Below, piece by piece: positions 45,966-55,425 of a stretch of DNA of 64,000 nucleotides. The notes under the pieces are model-generated. The model made no database searches and was not told the DNA's origin. It worked only from the letters and a program-made list of their open reading frames with translations. The stretch's first letter is position 1, and each line of letters starts with the position of its first letter. The stretch is from a virus (Duplodnaviria > Caudoviricetes): the IMG/VR virus record IMGVR_UViG_3300037067_007264, positions 64,001-128,000 of that record; one strand, written 5' to 3'. The position numbers and the translations under genes are program-made.

Positions 45966-46345
45966 CACTGAACCCAACTACAACTCACGGAGAACAGCCC
46001 TTCACCGGCAACCAGAAGGTTATCCTGGAGAAGCGGACCCCCGGGAAACGTTTCGAGCAGGGCTCGATTCAAAGACTTGGTAAGATCATGTCAAAACCCA
46101 CAACCAAAGAACCTGAAGTCTTTGAGCTCAATCGAGAGTACTTCATAGCCTGGACCGAAGGAATCCTCCTCGACTTCAAAAGAGGTAAGGGCATTGTTCT
46201 TGATGGATCCGAGTTTGCCAAACGATGTGAGGCAGCTGAAAAGGCTATGGAAGGTGGTGCAACCATCTTCCTAACTGATGCTCACGGAAAGAGAATTACC
46301 AAGATGTTCGATGCCGGTGACGGCTACACGGAAGAGGAGTTGTAG
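45962..46345 (+). CDS. hypothetical protein
   Basis: ATGA coupling. Confidence 0.7.
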   Translation: MTLNPTTTHGEQPFTGNQKVILEKRTPGKRFEQGSIQRLGKIMSKPTTKEPEVFELNREYFIAWTEGILLDFKRGKGIVLDGSEFAKRCEAAEKAMEGGATIFLTDAHGKRITKMFDAGDGYTEEEL

Positions 46346-46352
46346 AAAACCA

Positions 46353-46685
46353 ATGACTGTCAAACTCATCAAGCATACAAGTGAATGTGACCACGAGGAT
46401 GATCCTAGTCTTCCCTTCAAGCTCTACATGACGCTAAAGCCACCGGAGTTCATGGAGTTTACATGGTTCAGCCTCTATGGCGGATCAGAGGAGATCATTG
46501 CACGAGGAGATACTCTTGAGGAAGTGACCGCCTGGATGGAGAAGAATGACCTCAAGGAGCACACCAGACTAATCCGATATTCGATACTCGATGGGGACGG
46601 AAAAGTGGTTGATTCTTGGGATCGGCATGCCAAGCCCGAGGCTAAAACTGAGATTAATCTCGAGGGTGTTGTAGAGGGGTCATGA
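46353..46685 (+). CDS. hypothetical protein
   Basis: operon. Confidence 0.75.
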   Translation: MTVKLIKHTSECDHEDDPSLPFKLYMTLKPPEFMEFTWFSLYGGSEEIIARGDTLEEVTAWMEKNDLKEHTRLIRYSILDGDGKVVDSWDRHAKPEAKTEINLEGVVEGS

Positions 46686-46990
46686 AAGATCTCTTTGCTC
46701 GCGTCTATGACGTCCTAGAGAGGCTCGCGGAAGCTCCTCGGGGTAGACGTGAGGACTTCATAGAGTACCTCACTCGAGTGGCGGAGACCGACCGCAAATG
46801 GAACTCAGTTGAGTTCAGGTTCATGGGGTCACTCGGTGAAGGTGGAAAGTTTTGGTTTGATCCAGAGTGGTTTTTCGTCAACTGTTACCCAGAGGATCGA
46901 AACAGAGATCGCATTGAAACCATCAATCAAACAAATGAGGCTCTTGTTCCTCTCTTTGAAGAATACCAGCGGAAGTGTCTGAAATCATGA
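46682..46990 (+). CDS. hypothetical protein
   Basis: ATGA coupling; EFRFMGSLGEGGKFW..CYPED. Confidence 0.8.
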   Translation: MKDLFARVYDVLERLAEAPRGRREDFIEYLTRVAETDRKWNSVEFRFMGSLGEGGKFWFDPEWFFVNCYPEDRNRDRIETINQTNEALVPLFEEYQRKCLKS

Positions 46991-47292
46991 ACAACTATCT
47001 TGGGTTCACTCTTGATAACAAGTACTTCGTCTCGAAGGTCCCCCAACCTGATGAGGAGCAGTACACCATGGTCGGCCCGTTCCAAACCTCCTTCAGAGCC
47101 CGGCTGTGGGTTGTCGAGCGAATGAACCAAGGGGATCGATTGGTGGAAAGTTGGGGTCGTGGAGGTATCTTCAAGAAGCACGGTGACCGCCTCATCCCGA
47201 TTCTGGGGGTCGAAAATGTCACTCTTGACCCCGAGAAGCACAAGCACTTCCGATGGCACACCGTCGACGATTATGTTGGGGAAGGATCCTAA
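46987..47292 (+). CDS. hypothetical protein
   Basis: ATGA coupling. Confidence 0.75.
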   Translation: MNNYLGFTLDNKYFVSKVPQPDEEQYTMVGPFQTSFRARLWVVERMNQGDRLVESWGRGGIFKKHGDRLIPILGVENVTLDPEKHKHFRWHTVDDYVGEGS

Positions 47293-47293
47293 G

Positions 47294-47545
47294 ATGACTC
47301 ATCTGACAACTTCCCTCTCTGCTTGGAAGAAGTATCGATCGGGTCTTGCCCTGGCTAGGGCTGATCAGGAATCGGTTACCAAGGCCGAACAGCATCTTGA
47401 CCGGAAGGAGGGGAACAAGATCATCCTGACCAAGCGTGGCCAGCCCTTTGCCTACGTGGTCTCCTACGGTGAGGGGTATGAGTTCGATCGAATCCCTTTA
47501 GTGGTGAGATCCAAGCCCCTCAACCGTAGTACTGAGCATGACTGA
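47294..47545 (+). CDS. Phd/YefM-like small protein (tentative)
   Basis: KIILTKRGQPFAYVVSY. Confidence 0.6.
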   Translation: MTHLTTSLSAWKKYRSGLALARADQESVTKAEQHLDRKEGNKIILTKRGQPFAYVVSYGEGYEFDRIPLVVRSKPLNRSTEHD

Positions 47546-47966
47546 CCGAGCCCACCTTGCCATCTCGAACGTGTATACGGATAAGGATCTTGAAGCCCTC
47601 ACTCCCGAACAGAAGACTCAGTGGAAGGGCTACACCTACAAGATGACCTACGAAACATGGGACGAGGAAGCCCTCGAATGTGGTGATACCGATGACAAGG
47701 GCTGGAAGGAAGAAGGCTCCGAAGCCTACGAGACTCTGGATGAGCTGCTCCGAATCGTAGCTTCTGACGCCAACTGGTCAGGGTGGTCTAGTACCAACCC
47801 AGGCCCCCGTGATTGGATCAACTCCTACGGCGAAGAAGAACCTAATGGTGAACGCACCAACAATTCACTCTGGATCGAACATGCCGACGGTCTCCCTATC
47901 ACTTTGGCCGAACAGGTCCACATCTCGAACCACCTCAAGATTCACCACCCGGAGTCAAGGATCTAA
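47538..47966 (+). CDS. hypothetical protein
   Basis: class B 47505/47525; TYETWDEEALECGDTDDKGW. Confidence 0.85.
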   Translation: MTDRAHLAISNVYTDKDLEALTPEQKTQWKGYTYKMTYETWDEEALECGDTDDKGWKEEGSEAYETLDELLRIVASDANWSGWSSTNPGPRDWINSYGEEEPNGERTNNSLWIEHADGLPITLAEQVHISNHLKIHHPESRI

Positions 47967-47967
47967 T

Positions 47968-48372
47968 ATGACCAACTTTGCCCAGGCTCACTTGAAGAAG
48001 TATTCAGTTGACACGCTGGATCCTAGAACCTTGAGGATTCTCATTAAGGGTGCTGACAAGGGCCTAGCTTGGGCCAATTACCTAGTAGCTATCGTGCCCT
48101 CGGATGACTCTCTTATGAGTGAACTTCAGGCCGAGGTCACTGAGCTGACTGAGGCTAAGGCACTAATGTCTCAAGAGCTCGAGAAGAAACTTCAAGCCTG
48201 TCAGGAAGCTTGGGGTAAGGTCATTGATGAGGAGAGGGCAGTTCGTTTTGTGACCCGTGGTGGAAGTACTACCGAAGATGAGTACCCTACTCCGGAGTCG
48301 GCCCGAGAAGCCATTGCAGAATTGAGCCAGAACTACACCTTCACATGTGTTGAATTAGTAAAAAAGGGGTGA
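47968..48372 (+). CDS. hypothetical coiled-coil protein
   Basis: operon. Confidence 0.75.
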   Translation: MTNFAQAHLKKYSVDTLDPRTLRILIKGADKGLAWANYLVAIVPSDDSLMSELQAEVTELTEAKALMSQELEKKLQACQEAWGKVIDEERAVRFVTRGGSTTEDEYPTPESAREAIAELSQNYTFTCVELVKKG

Positions 48373-48398
48373 GATCTCACCCCCTCACACGTAATACT
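48370..48398 (+). promoter_or_regulatory. class B motif, consensus copy
   Basis: TGAGATC 48370, CGTAATACT 48390, ATG 48403. Confidence 0.75.
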
Positions 48399-48402
48399 GA
48401 GC

Positions 48403-48711
48403 ATGACCACCTCGACCAACCCCACGATTACCACTGGTTGCATCGTCTACGTCCGCAAGGGTTGCAATTCGTGGCCCAACATCTCGAAGGGTACCACCCT
48501 CCAGGTATTGGAGATCACTCCGATGGGGTCTGACCACAGTCATCAGGTTCGGGTACTTTTCAAGTCCCTGAATGGTAGCCGACGGGGTTCAACGTTCGCT
48601 ATGTACGCCCGTCACATCAATCGCCTGTCGGACCCCTTCACCCGTCTCAACCAGGGTGACCCAACCACGAACATCGAAATCGAGTTCCTAACAGCTCCGG
48701 TTACCCAATAG
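48403..48711 (+). CDS. hypothetical protein
   Basis: leaderless class B. Confidence 0.8.
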   Translation: MTTSTNPTITTGCIVYVRKGCNSWPNISKGTTLQVLEITPMGSDHSHQVRVLFKSLNGSRRGSTFAMYARHINRLSDPFTRLNQGDPTTNIEIEFLTAPVTQ

Positions 48712-48718
48712 GACCCCC

Positions 48719-49105
48719 ATGTCTGAAGTGTTCAAGTGTCGAGTTATCAAGCCGAGTGCTACCCCTTGGGTTGAAGTACAAGCTGATACTATCGAGGATG
48801 CTGCTAGTAAGTTCTACTCAAAACTACCTACCAGTCAGTCAGCGGTGAAGTGGCGGCTCGAGGATGGTTCCTATGCTCACTTCGTTCTGTACGAGGTTGA
48901 GAATGCTGAGTCTTTGGATCAATTCATAGGCCGTTGGTTCACAAAAGGAATCACGCGCAAAGGTGGGTTCAAGTCAGGTCCTCAAACCCTCAAACAGCTT
49001 GCCGAGATCTTGGGTTGGACAAAAGACCCCAATGATCTGCTTACCAAGTGGGAAGGTGAGGAAGAGGAGTGGTATGATTCTTCTGGTAAGGCGGTGTCAG
49101 CGTGA
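48719..49105 (+). CDS. hypothetical protein
   Basis: operon. Confidence 0.75.
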   Translation: MSEVFKCRVIKPSATPWVEVQADTIEDAASKFYSKLPTSQSAVKWRLEDGSYAHFVLYEVENAESLDQFIGRWFTKGITRKGGFKSGPQTLKQLAEILGWTKDPNDLLTKWEGEEEEWYDSSGKAVSA

Positions 49106-49770
49106 ACCTCCGCCAGCTACGACTCGAGGAGGCCTCCTTCTCTCACTTCGTCGGTAAGTCAGAGGTTGCTGTTGCAGCTTACTGGAATGGCGAGAAGGGG
49201 TTTGAAAACCGGTACACCAGTAGTGAGGAGGCCTTCGCGAGTGAGGAAGCCTTCACCTCCAGTGAGCTCTACCAAGAGCTGAAGACCAAAGCATTCCAAG
49301 ACCTCCAAAGGACTCTGGAACATCGATTCAAGGTAGTGGCCCCACTCATCCGAGGGACGGAGGGGGTCAACCAGGCGATCGAAAACCTGAATGAGCTCCC
49401 TAGTCTATGGAGCTCCGCAAGACACCTGCTGACGTGCCTCAAGCGATGTAAGAACGGGTCAAAGATGTGGGAGGTCTACGACAGAAGACACATAGACATC
49501 TCCAACCGAGCATCGGAGATGTCCTCTCAGATTCGGATAACTCTGATGGAGATCAAGCGCACCCTGGATAAGAACAACAGTGAGCCGACACCGGAACCTG
49601 AGCTGAAGTCCCGGTGGAAGGATATGGATCGAGTCTGGGAACTCGTCGACATCACCATCATGGCTGAAGAGCCCTACTACCACTTGAAGCTGGTATCAGG
49701 CTGGTATTCGATGCCAACGCGGGTTGTCGATAGTATGTGGTTTCGGGGTAAGAAAGTTGAGACCCAATGA
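49102..49770 (+). CDS. hypothetical protein
   Basis: GTGA coupling. Confidence 0.75.
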   Translation: MNLRQLRLEEASFSHFVGKSEVAVAAYWNGEKGFENRYTSSEEAFASEEAFTSSELYQELKTKAFQDLQRTLEHRFKVVAPLIRGTEGVNQAIENLNELPSLWSSARHLLTCLKRCKNGSKMWEVYDRRHIDISNRASEMSSQIRITLMEIKRTLDKNNSEPTPEPELKSRWKDMDRVWELVDITIMAEEPYYHLKLVSGWYSMPTRVVDSMWFRGKKVETQ

Positions 49771-50096
49771 ATACTTGTAGTACCGATGTTGAGAATTGTC
49801 TTCCAGGACATAATTGGATATGCTTCTCGTTTGAAGTGAAGGGCTATGACTCTCGTCCAATCAAGAACCCTCCCCTCGGCCCTTGGTGGGAAGACGGACA
49901 TGGATTGGGTTTCGTTTCAGTAATGGCCTACATTCCATTAGGTAGCTCCACTCCCGAAGAAACTGAGGCTGTGCTTAAGGACTATTGGCCGAAAGCGACC
50001 GTGATCGACAGTAAGGTGCAAGATGGTATCAGGTTTACCAGCCTTTACCCATGCCCTAAGTGGTGGAAAGGTGACGGTTCGTTGAGTTCCTGCTGA
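49767..50096 (+). CDS. hypothetical protein
   Basis: ATGA coupling; DSRPI..PPLGPWWEDG..LKDYWP..PKWW. Confidence 0.75.
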   Translation: MNTCSTDVENCLPGHNWICFSFEVKGYDSRPIKNPPLGPWWEDGHGLGFVSVMAYIPLGSSTPEETEAVLKDYWPKATVIDSKVQDGIRFTSLYPCPKWWKGDGSLSSC

Positions 50097-50274
50097 GTTT
50101 GAAAATTATTCTTTGAGAAGATGTTGAGATCCAAGACCGTCATCCGTATTACTAAGCATGACGGGCTGGAAAGACAGCTGGGAATCGAGGCTCTCCCTTG
50201 ATGGAATGACCGGTACCGAAGCGGTCACAAACACCTACCTAGCTTAATGAGCTTACTGTCCGGATGGAGTTACT

Positions 50275-50688
50275 ATGAACCAAGTTGAATATGAAGCACT
50301 TCCTGATGTAGCTCCTCCAGAGAATGCAGAACGACTACTTCAGACAGCTCGTTTTGAGCGTGACCGAGAGACCTCCTCCTACAAGTCCTTCTCTGGAACT
50401 GATGTGGCCGAAGCTCCTATCCACGGTATGTTGGCCGACACCTACGCCTGTATAGCTCTGGGTAAAGACATTGAAGCCACTCTAACCCTCTTCGAAGCCA
50501 AGTGGCGTGTCTACGCAAAGGAACAACAGGCACGAGTGGCTGCTGCTCCTAAACTCAAGCATGGACCTTCATCCGGTGCCTCAGTCATTCACCACAGATG
50601 GGTGAGTGAAGAGTTGTGGGAGACCCACGCTCGCCACGTCAGAGCTATGCTACAAATGACACCTAACACTGAAACAAAACCATCATGA
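50275..50688 (+). CDS. hypothetical protein
   Basis: GGAG SD. Confidence 0.8.
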   Translation: MNQVEYEALPDVAPPENAERLLQTARFERDRETSSYKSFSGTDVAEAPIHGMLADTYACIALGKDIEATLTLFEAKWRVYAKEQQARVAAAPKLKHGPSSGASVIHHRWVSEELWETHARHVRAMLQMTPNTETKPS

Positions 50689-50924
50689 TTAGATTCCGAT
50701 CTAGGTTTAGCATGTTCGTCATCTTAGGTATTGCTGCCCTTGTGGTACTAGTAATCACAGAGCTTACTTTACTTAACCAGGGAGCACTAGCCAAAAACAA
50801 ACTCGAGTGTGGGCACGCTTGTTGGCCTTATGTCGTAGTAGCCAGTGTTGATCCCTCGTGTTCCTGCGCTAACGGATCCTTACTTTGGAGAAAGGACATC
50901 CGCTCAAAACGGGTGGCTAATTGA
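50685..50924 (+). CDS. small membrane protein with Cys-rich tail
   Basis: TM segment; CGHAC..CSC. Confidence 0.7.
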   Translation: MIRFRSRFSMFVILGIAALVVLVITELTLLNQGALAKNKLECGHACWPYVVVASVDPSCSCANGSLLWRKDIRSKRVAN

Positions 50925-50927
50925 ACC

Positions 50928-51308
50928 ATGGCAATGACTATCGACTACACCCTACCGCTGTTTGACTTAGTTCAGAACTACTTCCTGAATGTGACCATCA
51001 TAGCGGCTAGGGAATGTTTCGAACCCCTACTGAACGACTACAAGCTCGAATCGAGCTCACAGTCCAATGATACCTTAGTCACAATTTCAGGAACGTATAC
51101 TGAAGAACCCCTTCACATAACACTGAGCATAAAGCAGAGTAATAAGCGCAACTACTACTGTGTTGGGGTGGTAGCCACCTGGGACAATAAACCCAACCAT
51201 GCCCCGTTCGACATGACCTTTCAGTGTTCCATAGTAGACCACCCAATCAAGTACTTCGATAAAATTCGAACCACCCTTGTTAAAGCACTCCTGACCAAGG
51301 AAACCTAA
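50928..51308 (+). CDS. hypothetical protein
   Basis: operon. Confidence 0.75.
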   Translation: MAMTIDYTLPLFDLVQNYFLNVTIIAARECFEPLLNDYKLESSSQSNDTLVTISGTYTEEPLHITLSIKQSNKRNYYCVGVVATWDNKPNHAPFDMTFQCSIVDHPIKYFDKIRTTLVKALLTKET

Positions 51309-51760
51309 TGCCTCTATCCGACTGGAAAGTAGGGATGCCAGCCATCTACACGGACACTTACACCAACGATCCCAAAGGGAGAGTGATACGGACAACTATC
51401 ACCAAGATTGGTCGATTGTATGTGACCATCAACGGTGGCAAGCAATTTGACGTAACCAACACACCGGGTGTGGAACACAATGCTTACTCCACGTCAGCCC
51501 TTCTCTACACTATCGAACAGTACGAGGAAGAAGCCTATCGGGAAGAGGTTCGCAAAGCTATCCTTGATCAGTTTGATTGGAGGGGTCGCTGCCGAGCCGA
51601 ACTAAACATCACCATCCGGATAGGGGATGTACTCGGTATCGAGAAGCCCAAGCATCTTCAGAAGTTGATCCCGACCATTGAAGAGCTTCGTACCTCTGTG
51701 GAGCAACTCGGTAGAGACATGGAACTCGATCGGAAACGGGACAGAGAAGGTAGAGTATGA
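51308..51760 (+). CDS. phage beta-barrel-type protein
   Basis: WKVG..TITKIGRLYVTI..FD. Confidence 0.75.
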   Translation: MPLSDWKVGMPAIYTDTYTNDPKGRVIRTTITKIGRLYVTINGGKQFDVTNTPGVEHNAYSTSALLYTIEQYEEEAYREEVRKAILDQFDWRGRCRAELNITIRIGDVLGIEKPKHLQKLIPTIEELRTSVEQLGRDMELDRKRDREGRV

Positions 51761-52725
51761 TGATCAATGTCCAACCCGAAGCGGGGGACCAACTGGAGAT
51801 TGAACAACCTGTGGTAGCAGACATGAGCGGTATGTCTGCTGAGAAGGTATGGAGCTTCCTGGAGGACTCTGGCTTCATCTACCCGCAGAAGCGTCAGATG
51901 GTTGACCAAGACTCTGCAAAGGCAACCCTAGCCAAGCTGATGCACAAGAACAACGTGTTCAAGGGCTTGGTAGTAACTCGTGGGTCATCAATCTATGCAC
52001 ACCTATCCGCCGTGCGAGTCTATGACAAGGTTTGGATGGTCCAACACATGGCTAGTCGACCTTACCGAAAGGAGAAGGTCTCTCATGCACTGATGCTGAA
52101 CCTAGCCATGCTAGAGTACTTCGAGCAGAGTTCTGATATCGAATGGATACGGGCAACCTATAGGCATGAGAACAAACGTGTGTCTCGTCTGTATGAAGCT
52201 CTTGCAGCTCAGGTGTCACGCCCAGGGTTGTCAATAACTCAGTACTATAACTGCATGCGGCTATCAGGTCACACCTTCGAGGTTCCAGTCTCCGCCTACC
52301 TTGAAGTGAAGGCCTTACCCAACGATGGTCTATCTGGGTTTGAGTGCTTCAGAGGTCTACCCAGGGATTACGAGGAAGCTGGTCTTGAACGTCGTCAGGA
52401 GTTTCTTGGGGTTTACCACTTAGGTATATTGGTTGGGTACTCAGTGTTGGAGGTTTCATCTCCTGGTCTAAATCTGAGTGAACTCACCAATGCATTTCGA
52501 GTGTTCATGTTCATAGAGGATCCTGAGGCACTATCCTACTTGATTCAAGTGTCAACCAACTACTACAAGTCACTTGGTAGACATCACGTGATAGCCCTTG
52601 TTGAAGATGATCTAGCCTCAAGTTTCGAAACACTGGGTTTCGAACGATTCAAACGGTACACCTTCTGGACATGGCATCAGTCTCTCTGCAGACAATTCTA
52701 TGACTTCATAAGGAATTGGCATTGA
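51757..52725 (+). CDS. tandem GNAT-like fold protein (tentative)
   Basis: IYAHLSAVRVY..WMVQHMA; SSPGLNLSELTN; FETLGF. Confidence 0.7.
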   Translation: MMINVQPEAGDQLEIEQPVVADMSGMSAEKVWSFLEDSGFIYPQKRQMVDQDSAKATLAKLMHKNNVFKGLVVTRGSSIYAHLSAVRVYDKVWMVQHMASRPYRKEKVSHALMLNLAMLEYFEQSSDIEWIRATYRHENKRVSRLYEALAAQVSRPGLSITQYYNCMRLSGHTFEVPVSAYLEVKALPNDGLSGFECFRGLPRDYEEAGLERRQEFLGVYHLGILVGYSVLEVSSPGLNLSELTNAFRVFMFIEDPEALSYLIQVSTNYYKSLGRHHVIALVEDDLASSFETLGFERFKRYTFWTWHQSLCRQFYDFIRNWH

Positions 52726-52798
52726 TCAAGTTTACCATCATTCGGCTGACCCTTATTATGAAGAGTGGGGCCACAGAAATGGTGTATGATACCTGAGT

Positions 52799-53461
52799 AT
52801 GGCCGAACCAGAAGCATTCGTCTTCCCGCACCCAGCAGAACTCACCTCAGGGGAACCAAACCTCCTAGTACCACCAGAAATGGTTCTTATCCTGTATAAC
52901 AGGCAAGGGGTGCGAGGGGAAAGCAGCACTTACGTCAACGGTTTGGTTCGTACTTGGTTTTCTTTTGAAGCTAAAAGCCGGGGATGGGCCTCTACTACTT
53001 GGTTGGGAACTAGCGACTGTGAGTACCCTGGACCTGGATGTTGGCTCAGTATTCTAACTAAGCCTGAGTTGCCCCCAAGCCCAGAGGAACGTAGGAACTG
53101 TACCGTTACGTCGACCCAACCTCCAGAGCACCCGAGTGTAGAATTCATATCCGAACACTTGACCTCGGGAATCGAACCACCCTACCAGACTGAGTACAAA
53201 CGAGATCTGAGTCACGGTGATGCGCAAGCAGAGCTCAACGCTCAAGAGGATGACCACACCTTTGCATTCCTTGGGTACGATGAGATGATCACCAACTTGA
53301 CCCACCTCGTTGAGATCCTTGGGTGGAAGTTGGAGCCCCTTGGTGAAAAGGAGGCTCATGTCCTATCGAACAGAGCTGGTCACAAGATACTGCTCGTTCA
53401 ACGCTTCAACCACCCCCTGTTACTCGAGAAGGTCAAAGACTCGGTGAAGCCAGATGCCTGA
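52799..53461 (+). CDS. hypothetical protein
   Basis: GGTGTA 52781. Confidence 0.75.
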   Translation: MAEPEAFVFPHPAELTSGEPNLLVPPEMVLILYNRQGVRGESSTYVNGLVRTWFSFEAKSRGWASTTWLGTSDCEYPGPGCWLSILTKPELPPSPEERRNCTVTSTQPPEHPSVEFISEHLTSGIEPPYQTEYKRDLSHGDAQAELNAQEDDHTFAFLGYDEMITNLTHLVEILGWKLEPLGEKEAHVLSNRAGHKILLVQRFNHPLLLEKVKDSVKPDA

Positions 53462-53780
53462 AGACCCACCGAAGAAGCAGTTTATTGTCAGAACCAAGCG
53501 CTGCCAGAAGCTGGTGGTGGACCCCGTGACAATTCAGGTTCACGGTAAGTTGTTTTGCACTGCCAGCTTGGATGGGTTGGCTTCAAAAGAACTCGATGAG
53601 TTCATGACGGTCTTTGAGAAGCTTGTTGGGATACCCTGTATTGTCACCAACTACCCCATGGACATCAAGCTGTTGGAGATCATTGAAGCACCTGATACAC
53701 CAGAAGAACCTGAGCCTCGAACTCGCTTTGAACGAATCAATGAAGACGAGTCATCGACTGACAGGGAAGACGACGCGTAA
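53454..53780 (+). CDS. protein with near-C-terminal TRFER tag
   Basis: EPRTRFERINEDE. Confidence 0.8.
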   Translation: MPEDPPKKQFIVRTKRCQKLVVDPVTIQVHGKLFCTASLDGLASKELDEFMTVFEKLVGIPCIVTNYPMDIKLLEIIEAPDTPEEPEPRTRFERINEDESSTDREDDA

Positions 53781-53904
53781 CAAGCCTGAGTTGCCCACAA
53801 AAGAATCAGAGTCTACTGAATAGGCTACAAGTTTAGGGTAAACCAAGTTAGTTCTTGAGTTGAGCTACCTAGTGTCAACTTTCTATCTGTAACTCATAAC
53901 TTGG

Positions 53905-55425
53905 GTGACAACAGAGCGTTTCAGTAACCAGGCTTCAACCACACTGTCTACCCTTGTAGGTGCTGGGGACCTCACCCTTTCAGTTCAGGGTACGGCTCAT
54001 TTTCCGACTCAGCCTGAGTTCCGGATCCGAATCGGACAAGAACTCATGTTGGTTACTGGAGTCTCTGGAGTTACTTGGACAGTAACTCGAGGGATTGAGG
54101 GAACCTCAGCTTTACCCCATGCGGCCGGGACGGCCGTAGTGGCCGTCCTCACTGCCGGTGCCCTTGATGAACTTCGAGCCGAGATCGAAGCTGAGGACAG
54201 AACAGCCTCTGGGATTCGAACAGCTTCAACTGTAGTGGCCGTCTCATCAGCAACGGCTCCTTTGGTGGGTCAGGTACTTACTGCCACGAGCGGGACTGCT
54301 GCTGATTGGGAGACTCTTATAGGGGACACGATAACGGCTCCTAGGATTCCACTCAATGGGTCGACAACCTCGAATGTTGACCTTACGACCAACAACTGGA
54401 CCTCCGTGATGCCGGTGACTTTCAACAATATAGGGTTGGAACTATCATCGGTCTACATTACTACTGTCACCTTCACATGTACTATCTGGAAAACAAGTTC
54501 TCTGTCCGTGTGTGGTAAGTTCCGTTTGGTAGCAGACTTGACAATACGGACTAACCAATTAGGGCAAGTCCTATGCTCATTTCCTGCTAGTGCCCAAGGT
54601 AATAGTGCACCATTGTTAGAGACTCCTCTAGAAGGGGCTGAGTTAGATCTGATTCAATCCACCAATGGGGTTACGCTGCGAGCAATACGTCCAGCTGGCG
54701 TTGCTTGCACGGTTAGTGCTGAGTGGGCTACAAACTCATTTGATCGATTAGGGGTTGCTCCAGACTATCCTCAAGTAGGGGAGTGGGGGACTGGAGATAT
54801 CTGGATTGCCGATGATGCAGTATTGTCTGGATCGAATGTGACTTCGATAGCAGGTCGAGAGTCTGGGTTGGTGATGACACCCTCGGGTGGGACCTTTACA
54901 TCTGAGGTTGATCCTCTTACGGGTACACGTGTATTGGTGGGTGATACTTCTGCTGTTCTTACAGCGACTAACCCTACACTATTGGCTGGGTTTGATGGTG
55001 TTAGGACTCCTAACATCGTCTTTGTTCAGTTTACCTCTCGTCATACTAGGGTTAGCAACTGGATAATAGAGGTTACTGATTCCAGTACCAACTCGCGAGT
55101 GATACAGATCAATTGGTCATTCGGGGACTTCTATGGGGTCTACCGAGTTTCACAGCCCAGTTACATCGTGGATTCCTTCACGAATCCAGTTGACACTAGA
55201 GTTACAGTAGTGGCTTGTTTGCACACGGACGGCAAGTTGTACATTGTCAGCCCAGCTGGCACATCACCTGGGTTAGCGGATACTACAACTCCAGGCCTAA
55301 CTGGAATTGATCGGGTGAAAGTAGGTAATAGCGGGGACAAACTGAGGCGATGGGGTCTTCGATTATCGGATAACCCGCTAGCTGACTCAATTGACATTTA
55401 TCAAGAACTGGTGTTGATGCCATGA
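53905..55425 (+). CDS. putative tail fibre/virion structural protein
   Basis: N-terminal ASTTL..FP..RIRIGQELMLVT..TVTRG.EGT.A..H.AG module; T/S/G-rich. Confidence 0.75.
   Translation: MTTERFSNQASTTLSTLVGAGDLTLSVQGTAHFPTQPEFRIRIGQELMLVTGVSGVTWTVTRGIEGTSALPHAAGTAVVAVLTAGALDELRAEIEAEDRTASGIRTASTVVAVSSATAPLVGQVLTATSGTAADWETLIGDTITAPRIPLNGSTTSNVDLTTNNWTSVMPVTFNNIGLELSSVYITTVTFTCTIWKTSSLSVCGKFRLVADLTIRTNQLGQVLCSFPASAQGNSAPLLETPLEGAELDLIQSTNGVTLRAIRPAGVACTVSAEWATNSFDRLGVAPDYPQVGEWGTGDIWIADDAVLSGSNVTSIAGRESGLVMTPSGGTFTSEVDPLTGTRVLVGDTSAVLTATNPTLLAGFDGVRTPNIVFVQFTSRHTRVSNWIIEVTDSSTNSRVIQINWSFGDFYGVYRVSQPSYIVDSFTNPVDTRVTVVACLHTDGKLYIVSPAGTSPGLADTTTPGLTGIDRVKVGNSGDKLRRWGLRLSDNPLADSIDIYQELVLMP

Noticed and set aside
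50275-50688. TARFERD as a TRFER tag
   Set aside because: Near the N-terminus, lacks P-T-R spacing and hydrophobic end; probably chance.
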